NCBI RefSeq assembly: GCF_009914755.1
Contig: NC_060925.1
Strand: one strand, 5' to 3'
DNA length: 64,000 nt
From: the human T2T-CHM13v2.0 reference genome, Homo sapiens
Part shown: positions 44,581 to 56,399 of the stretch, one piece after another
Layout of the letters: the number at the start of each line of letters is the position of its first letter
Numbering within the stretch: the first letter of the stretch is position 1
Translations under genes and position numbers: made by a program
Notes under the pieces: generated by a model
Databases searched by the model: none
What the model saw: the letters and a program-made list of their open reading frames with translations, nothing else
What the model was told of the DNA's origin: nothing

Positions 44581-45295
44581 ACTCTCCATGCTACATAAAT
44601 CTGGAAACTCTATTTCACATAAAACTGGAGCTGAAAGAGACAAATATTTACTTATAAAATTAAAAGTTATATGGGAAACAAACACTAATTTTTTTTAGAA
44701 AAAATATGAACAGAGTAAAAATATGCCTTATAGTTATCATATAATATCATGTTTTATAGCTCTGGGAAAATAGAAAATAAAATGTTCTGTTAGCATGAAT
44801 CCTTCTGTGCCCTAAAAAAACCCTATGGATCATACTATTATTACCTAAAAAGTCTATTCTCAAATGCAGCAGAGTGATAATTTTTATAAGGTAGATATTA
44901 TTTTTAGATATGGAATAATATTGGTGATTTCAATTTTAATAACATTGGATTAAGATGAAAGAATGAGAAGATAAAGGTCCCTCAGCAATATAACTCACAA
45001 ACATGTTCAGAAGCAGTAAGAAGTCACATTAATTATTTTTTGAAAGTCAATAATCTACATTTTTAATTTATGCATATAGCATAGCTAATGTACTATTGCT
45101 GGGTCCATTTATTCAAGGAATAATTGCCGCTATGTGTCAGACATTGTTCTAGGCCTAGGAATGGACACTTAAGTGAACAAAGCAAAGATTCTGGTTCTTG
45201 TAGTTTCCATTAAAAGACCATTTAGTAAAATTTTTCTTCCCCCAAATTATAAAATCTGTAAGATGATTTAACAACATGTATAAAAGTCATCGTAG

Positions 45296-45604
45296 GCCGG
45301 GCATGGTGGCTCATACCAGGTGTAGTGACTCATAGCGCTCTGTCACTCATGCTGGAGTGCAGTGGCACAATCTCTGTTCACTGCACCTCTGCCTCCTGGG
45401 TATAAGCGACTCTCCCGCCTCAGCCTTTCGAGTAGCAGGGACTACAGGTGCACACCATCATGCCCAGCCAACTTCTGCATTATCAGTAGGGATGGGGTTT
45501 CACCATGCCAGCCGGGCAGGTCACAAACTCCTGACCTCAAGTGATCCGCCCACTTTGGCCTCCCAAAGTGCTGGGACCACAGGTGTAAGCCACTGCACCC
45601 AGCC
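45296..45604 (-). mobile_element. Alu inside retrocopy (sense to transcript), abutting short inverted Alu-head fragments
   Basis: Minus-strand Alu 45335-45604, preceded by GGCCGGGCATGGTGGCTCA on +. Confidence 0.9.
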
Positions 45605-46092
45605 TTATTTTTACAACTTTGATAACTTTAGCGTATACCCCAAATCTGTAAGACATAATATTATCATTCAAATGCAACTCATGGCTTCTCATTGTACTCT
45701 GATTTTCTCTAGCTTTTGAATTCTTTATTCTAATATCAGTTTTAAGTCTGACATAAAAGCATGAGAGTTCTAATCAAAATCCAATCTTTTATCATAATAA
45801 AAACTATCAAGAAATTATTAGAATTTAAAAAGGAAAATAGGCCTATTAATTAGATTTGTATAACATAATATTTTATGCCTATGAGTCCCCAACAAAGCCT
45901 CAAGCTTCTATTTAGATATAAAATGTAAAAGTCACTACTGGATCCACAAGCAGGACTATGGTAAAGAAATTTCTCCACCTAAACTGCTCCTTTAACATGA
46001 TGTTACATGTTTATTTTTTCATTTTGGCAAATATTGATTGAATGTCATCTTCGTGTTAGTCTACATCCTAAGTGCCAGGATACAGAATCTGA

Positions 46093-46455
<363 letters not shown>

Positions 46456-47138
46456 TAAGCAAGCCAATTTTTAAAATAAGAACTTCAATCAGATTTAAAT
46501 GCTACAAATACAATCACAGGAAGCTGGGATGTGAATGATAGGGCTCTCAAACAGAAAATTAAGAGAAACGATTATTTCTTACGATGTTTGTCTTTCTTTG
46601 TATTGGTGCTCAGCTGAGTCTGCAGTGCCTCAGAAGCAGCCTTCATTTTATAAAAAATCTATTATTTCTCCTTCCAGTTGTTTTTTCTCTTCTTCGAGCT
46701 TCCTTATCTCCTCCTGTTGAATCATTTTAAGATGCTTGAACTTGTCCTGCAGCTCTTTTTCAGCTTCTTTCTCCTTGACTCGCTGCATAAATCTGTTTCA
46801 ACTCTTCTTCTCTCTGACATTGATCATAGCACTCTTGTCTTTTGGCTTCAAAGATTTCTTGAAAACTAACTGGCTGGTTGTCTGGGCCCAGATCTGTAAA
46901 GCCCATTTTCTGCAGTTTTTGGTACCTACAGCATTCATAGTGCTGAGTGTAGGTTTTTCTTTTAGATTTTCCACATTGGTACAAAGAAGCATATCTTGGA
47001 GCTTAACGAAGTCACAGTGATTTTCATTTTCCACTTGGAAAACTCCCCAAGGCTAGTGACGGCCTCTGACCATCCTTTTACCAACTTTCACTTCATCCAT
47101 ACTCCCTACCACAGCAAAGGATAACAGCCCATGTTTTT

Positions 47139-47304
47139 GGCCGGGCGCGGTGGCTCACGCCTGAAATCCCAGCACCCTGGGAGGCGAGGGGAGGGATCAC
47201 GAGGTCAGGAGATTGCCCGACCACCCCGGCCAACACGGTGAAACCCCGTCTCCACTAAAAATACAAAAAAATTAGCCGGGCATGGTCGTGGGTGCCCGCA
47301 GTCC
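47139..47304 (+). mobile_element. AluY-like fragment forming the 5' end of the retrocopy
   Basis: GGCCGGGCGCGG...GATCACGAGGTCAGGAGA...AACACGGTGAAACCCCG, truncated exactly at the TSD. Confidence 0.88.
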
Positions 47305-47590
47305 AAATATCTGTCTTTTCTTTATGCTAGAAACATCAGTTATTCTCTTCTAGCTATTTTGAAATATACAATAATTACTATAGTGACCCTACTGATCTAT
47401 TGAACATTTGGTCTTTATTTCTTTTATCAAACAGAAAGTTGACACAATATCCTGTCATTTTAATACACACTTTAACAATTCTTCCAGGCTGTTATTCAAC
47501 AACAAAAATCAATTCATTTCCATGTGAAATGCAATTAATGCTTCATTCGATGTCATGTTTTCAGAGAGTTTAAGTATAATAAATACTTGC

Positions 47591-47695
47591 CTGTTTTTAA
47601 TGGTTTTATGAAGGTCAAACTGGACTGTGCCACAGCGATAATGGGTTTTGTCCTTTTGTTTGTTTTAGAAATTGGAGTTCTGAATATTGATAAAT
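47591..47695 (-). CDS. ASPM: ASPM exon 4 (105 nt; GC donor)
   Basis: TAG|ATTTATCA...AAACAG|GCAAGT; translates (D)[34 protein letters not shown] in frame with exons 3 and 5. Confidence 0.93.
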
Positions 47696-48909
47696 CTAAA
47701 ATAAATTAGAAAACAAAACTAAGAGCATTAAAATACAAATTCCCTAAATAGGTCAGTGATTTGAAAGTTAAAGTTTGGGTTCTTCACAATCATATTCATT
47801 TAGCAAACACTTAATAACCACTGTACTCCACGCACTAATGCTATGAATTCAGTGGTTTATCAAACCAACATCCAGAAGTCACAGACCATAAACCACAATT
47901 TATTTTGTGTTTACAGAGGCTAAAGTCTAGATTCAACCAAAACTTATTGTGTCTGTATATTCCAGACTCTCTACGAGGTGCTGAGAATATGCAGAATTGA
48001 AAAATATGGTCTCAGCCCTGAAGTAGTTCTCAGTCTGGTAAAAAAAGAAGTTTAAAAATGGTAGAAGAGCCTTCCCAGATGGGAATCTACTTGAGTTAAC
48101 TTATGAAATTAAAATTAGGCATGAGGAATGTGGCCTGTTGCCAGAACTGCAATAAGGATGAAGCAAAGAATACACGTAGGAAATGACATACAAGAGGCTA
48201 GAAGAGGTAGGGAGGAGTTCAATAATATTCAAAATAATAGTGGCAGCTAATACTTAAATACTTTGTGCCAGGCACTATCATAATCTTTTTCTCACACAGT
48301 TATGAGAACAAATTTATGAGAAGTGTACTATTATTACCACAATGTATATAATTAGGATACTGAGGCTTTGAGCAATTAAGCCACATGGTCTAAGGTCACA
48401 TAAGCTAGTAAGTAGCAAAGATTTGAACAAAGGCAGTATAGTTACAGAACCTCCACTATTAATCACTTTGAAGCACCTTCTATGCTAGTGAAGAATTTTA
48501 ATCAAGGAAGTAAAAACCCTCATTTATATTTAAGAAAACAGTATGGACAATGGAATGAACAGGGTCAAGATTAGAAACAGAAAATTACAAAGCAGTTATT
48601 ACAATGACCCAAGGTGGATATGGTGAGACAAATTAAAACAGAGTCAATGGAGACAAATCAGAGGAGAGTTATTTTAATAGTGGAAGAAACAACCCTTAAT
48701 ACCAACTTATTAGAAAAGTGATAGAGAATAACAGGCTGATTCCCAAATATGTAACCAAGATGGTTGATATAATGCCAGGTGGCTATCAAAGAAAATGCAA
48801 TACAAATTGCAGTAGCAAATAACCTATTGGAATAGCAGTTCACTCTTTCAAAAACAGGTTTCACAACAAAATATACTGCTACTAAATATAAGCAAAGAGA
48901 CAATAAGAG

Positions 48910-49246
48910 CAGGGGTCAGCAAACTACATCCATTCCCCATGCAAAACCCTCCCTACTGTTTTTGTATGTTCCAAGAGCTAAATATAGCTTTTACATTTGT
49001 AAAGAGTTAAAAAAAAAATGAAAATAATAATATTTCATAAAACACAAAACTTACATAAAATTCAAATTTCGGTGTTTATGAATAAAATTTTACTGAAACA
49101 CAGCCATACTCCTTGATTTGCACATTGTCTATGGCTGTTTTCCCACAAGTGCAGCAGAGTTGAGTAATTGCAGTGCAAATCTATATGGCCTGCAAAGCCT
49201 AAAATGTTTACTATCTGGACCAGTAGAGGAACAGTTTGCTTACCCT
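48910..49246. mobile_element. MER58-like hAT MITE
   Basis: CAGGGGTCAGCAAACT...AGTTTGCTTACCCTTG terminal inverted repeats. Confidence 0.7.
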
Positions 49247-50154
49247 TGTTTTAAAGTAATCTCAAACCTATATCAATTGTGAAAATAAGGAACATGACTA
49301 AATTGCAACATAATACTTATTAGATTGTAAGGTTCTATGAATTGAACATTTAAAAAGTAAATTTCTAAGGAGAAATTCCTCATTCTTAAACCTTACAGAA
49401 ATTAGTCCCTCTCCCTGCAACCATTTTCTTCTTTAGGAAGTCTTTCTTGGAACCATCTCATACTTCCTTGCAATTTACACACAAACCCTCTGCTTCTGTG
49501 CTTCCTTAATTTCCTAAGCATAGCATAATCACAGGACTGAACGCAACTTGAGGACAGGAATTATCCCTTTCCTCCCTGTGTACACAGTGCCTAGAAAAAT
49601 GCACATCACATAGTAGGTACCTTATCAGTCAAATAAATATATCTAGAAAAATTGCCTTCTCTGTTCCCTTAGATTTGTCAAGAGGTAGAAAGAGCCACTC
49701 TTGGTGACTTACTTGCCTCTCACATAGGCTCATAAATCAGATACCCAATATGTACAATTCTGATTCTAGACTAGAGGCTCAACCAGCTGGCTGCCTCAAA
49801 CAAACAGTAGGTGTGAGTGTCGACCTTTCAGTGGTTTATTTGTTCATTTATTCACTTATCCATTCATTCAATTCATCTTTTATTGTACATCTTGTAGGAG
49901 ATTAAAATAGGTATGTTCCTTACTATCAAAGAATTTGTTATCTGATCAGAACATATCTACAAGAAACAGCAAAAGCAAAGAAAAATCAGACAGATACAAG
50001 ATGTCACATAAGCTGTATTCACATTTGCTAAGGAAATGTACCCAGCAAATAAGTAAAAACTATAATACAAGCTTATCAATAGCAGATTTACTAAACCAAA
50101 AGGAAGTATCCCCTTTACAGGTATACTTCAGTAGATTTTATAAACAAGACTCAC

Positions 50155-51634
50155 CAGTTTTCTTCTTCAGGTTTAATTTCTCTCTGTTGCTAATACGTTT
50201 TGAGATGGGTGTTGTCACATTTTTTGTTTTCTTAACAGCTGATGTTTTAGGCTCTGAGGGAGAAAAATGGATTCTTTTGATTTCTCGCACTTCTGTATGT
50301 TCTGTAATTGCAACTCTCACATTTGCATCTTCCATGCTTCCATCGCTCTTTCTTTTCCGAGCAACTGAAGCTGTTGTCGAAGAGGGTGTTACCTCGTTTT
50401 TATAACTCTTAGATTTACTTAATATTGGATCTATAATTGGAAGATAAGAATGAAAATCTTCTTTTTCCTTTTGATTATTTATTACTTTTTCATGTTCACC
50501 CACTGCACTGTTGAGACATCTTTTTGCTTTTGGTTTATTAATCTCAGTTTGGTTTTCTCTGGTACAGGTGGCCTTCCTTTTAGTAACAGTGGCAGAAAGT
50601 ATTGGACGTCTCTTAGGTTGTTTATTGTGGCTATGACTAGAAATATCCTGAACTGCAGAAAATTTAGGATTATTTTGTTTTATAAAACTGTAGTAATTTG
50701 ACTTCATTTCTACTAGTTCTTCAAAAATAGCTTTGGGAGATTTTGAACCCTGACATTCAGGAATACGTGGCGAAACTTCACTTTTTCTCCAATCTTCAGG
50801 AGACTGTGGGACTTGAGAATTTTCATTTGATAATGGTACTTTACATGTTTGCTGAGATGTACACATATATGCCATGTTATCTTTTAAAAATTGATTAGGG
50901 GATAAAATAGGATTAACTGACTCTGATTCTAGATCCTGATTTAGTCCATAATTATCTTTTATGAAAGAATCTGGACTTAAAATTTTCTGATAAATTTCAT
51001 GTGCAATTGTTGATTCCAAATGCACAGGCTGTGAATTATCTTTCATAAACATATCTGATGAAAGACATGTTACTAATTCTAGTTCATTATTAGCTCCATG
51101 ACTATTATTTACAAAAGAATCTGGACTTAGAAAATGTATTTGGCTTTGTGTAATGTTCAAAGTTGAAGAACAGTTGGGGGTAAGACTAAGTTTACTATTC
51201 TCTCCTCTTTGGCCATTAACATTTACGGAATTAAAGGAAGTTTCAGTTACAGCTTTCTCATTAAAAGAAACTTTTGAAACGTTGGCACTGTGTACATTTA
51301 ATAGTTCCCTATTTTCTGATGCATGAAGAGATGAGTAGGTAGTAGATCGACGTACAGAGAGTGGCAAGCAAGTTGCACCATGGCATTCATTGAAAGCAGG
51401 GCTAATAGGTGATATGGGTATTTTATTTTCTTCAAGTATTAAAGAATTGTTTTCTGTTGGGGGACCGCCTTCATTCATAGCCAAGTTTTCACAAGCTTGT
51501 AGTGGGCTCCTAACTCTGTCAACTTTTTGGGAAACACTAAATGTTTTATTAACATTCTGAATATTTGAAACCCTTCTGTTGTGACTTGTAGAGGCTGAAA
51601 TTTTCTTCTTTTTAATGGTATCCCAAAGACTCCT
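50155..51634 (-). CDS. ASPM: ASPM exon 3 (1,480 nt; unstructured region with LSPDSF repeats)
   Basis: CAG|AGGAGT acceptor; CTG|GTGAGT donor; ORF 50138..51640. Confidence 0.97.
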
Positions 51635-51780
51635 CTGCAAAAATAAGGAAAATATACCAATTAAGTTTGTAGCTATTGAATATTAAATAAGCAATATTAC
51701 TTCAAGCCTGTTATCAAAATAAGTTTTATTTATTATTAAACAATTTCTTAGAGTAAATCACAGAATGGTTAAAACATTAC

Positions 51781-51924
51781 CTTTTTCTTTTTCTGCTCTT
51801 CTGCATTTCCTAGTAATATAGCTTGGTGTTTCAGAACATCATTTACAAGAAATGTCATAATCTCTCTTACTCGGCCTTCTTTGAGTGGTGTCCAGTTAAC
51901 AGAAATAACAATTTTCTCTTTAGG
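51781..51924 (-). CDS. ASPM: ASPM exon 2 (144 nt)
   Basis: TAG|CCTAAAGAG...AAAAAG|GTAATG; [48 protein letters not shown]. Confidence 0.96.
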
Positions 51925-53741
51925 CTATAATCAAAACAATACATTATATAATTACAATAGTAATTACATAATAACCAAAACACCTTATATACAACTTACA
52001 ATATAGTAGGGCTTAATAATTGTTAACCAACACTCTATATACTAAACATTTAATAAATCAAATATATTTCTCCTACCCTATCTGCTTAATTATAAGAAAA
52101 AAAGTCACTAAAAATAACAGGGTTCACAACAAAATAAATAATAAAATCTTAACTGTATTAAAGCAATAGAACAGATAGTCTCTAAATCATTTTGTTTGAG
52201 TGGTTTCAAAAGATTTAATTGTACATTTCTAATTTTTAGATGTGTAGAGTACTTCTACTTCAAACACAAGGACCCTGCATTATGAAGACTTTATTTAAAA
52301 AGAAATGTAAAGATGATCAGCTAAATTCCTTCTTCCTTACAAATTCCTCTAAGGTCCACATCATCATACTGAGATTTCTTAAACAGGTATTATTGTTCCA
52401 GGCATAAGTGCAGGTATCCTGTAAAACTCATTTAATGCTAACATCCCTAGGAAGCAGGTATTATGATTATGCACATTTTACAGATGAAGTAACTAACATC
52501 CAGAAAAGTCTGCCAAAGTCACGCAGGTACCTATTAGAACCCAGGCAGTCTAATGCCAGAGTTTGGACTTTAACATCTACACCCCACACCCTGGCAGGTA
52601 GACAGAATCTGCCAAATTTAAACGCTGACATGACAAAACAAATTTTGTTTTTCAGGAGAAACAGACAAGTTTCTGTTTTAAAGGAGAAATAATATAACAT
52701 CATAAACAACTAATTTTAAAAAATAAGAATGGTGCATTTTTACTCTATAAAATAGTTTATTCTAAAAATACCACAAAATTTAGTTCCACATTATAACAAA
52801 AAAGAGTAAGTTGAAGTATTATGTGGATAGAAAAGAAATCTGTCTTTCCAAAGAAAGGAAAGCAGGCAGTGATTCATGAAACAGAGGGGCGGGGTGGGTA
52901 GGTTCTGAAGTGTAGATAGATGAACCATTGGTGACACACAAGTTAAGGGACCTCAGATTAGAATCTCTTTTTTCTGCCTAATGAAGTGGTTATTAGCCTA
53001 CTAGTTCAGACCTCCTCGGCTAACGGTTTTCATACTTTTGGTGATTCTACTCAATGGAAAGGTCACAGCAGTCAAAATAAAAACATAAATTCTCCAGTCT
53101 TTGGTGAAGGGGATTGGAGCATTACTCTTGCAAATGCAATGCAGTAAAAGAAAGCTACAGGAGTTCTTGAAACAACATTTATAAAATTAAATTTGATGCA
53201 GCATTAAAATTACACTTAACAGCAAAGAAAAAAAGGACTAAAATACTAAAGTGTGCATACATACTACACGTATATATTGAAAACAACTCTGAATAGGTTT
53301 TTTTGGTTTTTATTGTAGGCATTTAGCCAGAACAAAGCTCACTATTTCACCGGAAAAAAAAACCAGTTACCTCGACTCTAAGGGTACATATGGAAACTAA
53401 AATGCATATTAAGATGGCTGATAGAAATTTTAAAAAAAGCTGCTTTAACCAACCAAGGTACTCCTGTCAATCTTAAAAAAGTGTTAAAAAAGTGCATTGT
53501 CTATTAATTTAGAACGGCAAGGCTATTTCACAACGCCTTAAGTCTAGTAAAAGTGCTTGTCAATTTAACAGAGAAGTCTATATAACTTGCTCCTAAAGAT
53601 GCTAAGTGCGCGCGCGTTTATGTGTTGTCCCCGCCCAAGTTAGCGTCTATCCTAGCCTTCAATTAGAGAATATATATATATATATATATATAATATTGAC
53701 ACATATATATATACTCACACACATGTGTATGCGTCAAGGGC

Positions 53742-53880
53742 CCACCCACAGTTATTGAAAAGGAACTGACTTCACTCTCTAAGGGTCTTTTCTGATTTCT
53801 TTTCCAAGAGCCACCCACAGTTATTGAGTGAAAGGGAACTGACTTTATTCTCTAAGGGTCTTTTCTGATTTCTTCTCCAA
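53742..53880. repeat. Two-copy tandem duplication of about 69 bp in ASPM intron 1
   Basis: CCACCCACAGTTATTGA...CTCTAAGGGTCTTTTCTGATTTCTT.TCCAA at 53742 and 53811. Confidence 0.9.
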
Positions 53881-53964
53881 TCGTCAACCTTCCTGAGGAG
53901 GGTGGCAGGAAAGATAGCGGAGAAGCAGAACACCGGCCTGGAGCACGCTCCTCCTGAGACCTAC

Positions 53965-54261
53965 CTGCAACACGAAACAGCGCTGCGACACACTGAAGCC
54001 CAGGTCCGCGGCCGGGAAGTGGGAGATCTTCACTTCTGCCACCTCCTCGTTAGGGTTGTCTAGGGCCAGAGACAGCGTCCGTGAGGCTCCCAGGAGAACG
54101 TCCCCGAAGCAAAGGAAAGGAGACCTGCAGAAGTGGCTGAGAGACAGGACCGGCGGGGAAGACGCCTCCTCCTCGGCCGCGGGGCCCCGCAGCCCCGCGG
54201 GCGGCCTCCGCTCGGTCGGGCTCACTTCCCAGCAGCCTCGCCCCACTCGCCGGTTCGCCAT
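53965..54261 (-). CDS. ASPM: ASPM exon 1 coding part (297 nt; start of ASH domain)
   Basis: Strong Kozak GCCATGG at 54261; donor CAG|GTAGGT; ORF 53884..54261. Confidence 0.98.
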
Positions 54262-54494
54262 GGCAGATTCGAGACCCCTCCTGGATCTCCTTGCCCCGCT
54301 CCCACGAGGCGGCTCCGGAGCGGGGATCCGGGACTTACGCTGACCGCTTCCCCTCAGGGGCGGCTGTAGAGGTCGTGGGAGTGAATTCGGCCCTTTTTCT
54401 TTTCCACTAACCTACTCCCTAGAAAACAGAAAACAAGCCCAATAAACTCGCAAATTAAAAAGAGGAGCCAAACAAGTATGGCGTTTTGACTCTG

Positions 54495-54509
54495 TTTAAA
54501 CTTGCCGCC
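54495..54509 (-). promoter_or_regulatory. CDE/CHR cell-cycle element (DREAM / MMB-FOXM1 type)
   Basis: Minus strand GGCGG-CAAG-TTTAAA: CDE, 4-nt spacer, CHR variant, at the expected TSS of a mitotic gene. Confidence 0.8.
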
Positions 54510-54513
54510 TCCA

Positions 54514-54627
54514 CCAATGAGGACCTCCGGGCACCGCCCTCCTCGTCACGGGACCAATCGGTGAGCAGCATCCCCTGGCCAATGAGACGGCGGCGCTTCA
54601 TTTGAATGATTGCATCCGGCCGCCAAT
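54514..54627 (+). promoter_or_regulatory. Four NF-Y CCAAT boxes
   Basis: CCAAT at 54514, 54554, 54579 and 54623, all in the same orientation; typical of G2/M promoters. Confidence 0.8.
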
Positions 54628-55118
54628 CGCTATCTGCGGAGGAGGTGAGAACGGTAGCGGAATCCTGGCCACCGTCTAAAACCCGGGGCTTAGAATTGAA
54701 ATTCGTCTTTATATTTTTGGTTGTGCTGAAGGGAAGGGAGTCACAGCATTTCCACAATACATGTAGTAATCATTGCGGTTTCCAGGAACAATCATAGATA
54801 AAACTGTTACGTAGGCAAAAATTGGTTTATGCCACTCCTCTCATATGCATACCCCGCCCAGAATTATATTAACTTTACTGTCGCGGTTTCCAGGGCTGAA
54901 TGGTAGAGATGTAAAGATAATTAGTTTGTATGAACATGCTTATTTTAGTGACAACATAGCAGGGACTCAGTACATTTACATGCTGTTAATTACCTCGGGA
55001 CGCTGGGAGCAAAACCAGGTAAACAAATGAAACCTGAGATTACCAGTAATTCATAAATGATTGTTTTGACTGGCAATGCCCTTCACAAATATCTTATTAG
55101 TTTTTATTTCAATTGTAG

Positions 55119-55463
<345 letters not shown>

Positions 55464-55870
55464 TAGGCTAGGGATTTTTTAAAAATCCTTTACCTATTTA
55501 TCTCAACCTTTGCCTTAAACCTACGAGGTATCTCTTAGGGCGTAGGTACCATTATTTGTATCTTACAGATGAGGAATACAGGTCATACAGCTAAGTAGGA
55601 AGTGGCATAACCCAGATAGGTACACATGCCTGTAATCCCAGCAGTTTGGCCCTAGTCTTGCTCTTACCCACTACACTATATTGCCTCTAAAGGCAGTAGA
55701 AAACTTAAAAAATAAAAATAATGTCTGGATGTATGTATGGTTACACAAAACATGTAAAAAGAGAAGTCAATGGGAAATCAAAATAAGGAAGATGAGACAT
55801 GAAATTATATTCAATGGTGTCCAATTTCACCTGAAGTTGGACCTTAACAATATTTAAACGAAATTTTTCC

Positions 55871-56185
55871 ACTGGGCACGGTGGCTCAAGCCTGTAACCC
55901 AGCACTTTGGGAGGCTGAGGCAGGCGGATTCTTGAGGTCAGGGGTTTGAGACCAGCCTGGCCAACATGGCGAAATGCCGTCTCCACTAAAAATAAAAAAA
56001 TTAGCCAGGCGTGGTGGAGCATGCCTGTAATCCCACCTACCCCGGAGGCTGAGACAGAAGAATCGCTTGAACCTGGGGTGGGGGGTGGGGGCAAGGTTGC
56101 AGTGAGCCGAGATCATGGCACTGAACTCCAGCTTGGGCAAGAGAGCAAGACGCTGTCAAAAAAAAAAAAAAAAAAAAAAAAAATT
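55871..56185 (+). mobile_element. Alu
   Basis: Dimer plus A-tail. Confidence 0.9.
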
Positions 56186-56399
56186 CTTTCATAGAGGCTT
56201 AAAAAAAAAAACAACAAAACAAAACCCTGGAGCAGAGCCTCACAAGTCATTTCCAGTTCTCCTCAGCATCTACCCCCCACGACCTCTCCATTAGCTTAGT
56301 TAGGCTCCAAAAAATAAAACTTGGACGGAGGAGAGTGCAAGATATGCTGTGGGAGGGAGGAAACAGCCTATACAGCAAAGAGTTAAAAGATTTTGACAG

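Larger units (their letters stand above)
53900..54700. promoter_or_regulatory. ASPM: ASPM CpG island / promoter
   Basis: GC- and CpG-rich stretch over exon 1 in otherwise AT-rich DNA; no upstream ATG between 54262 and 54500 on the minus strand. Confidence 0.9.

Noticed and set aside
46572-47130. Functional septin gene (ORFs 46760..46984 and 46798..47034)
   Set aside because: In-frame stop, frameshifts, no GTPase N-terminus and no introns; it is a pseudogene.
54056-54797. Plus-strand ORFs over the promoter
   Set aside because: Expected in stop-poor CpG-island sequence; no coding evidence.
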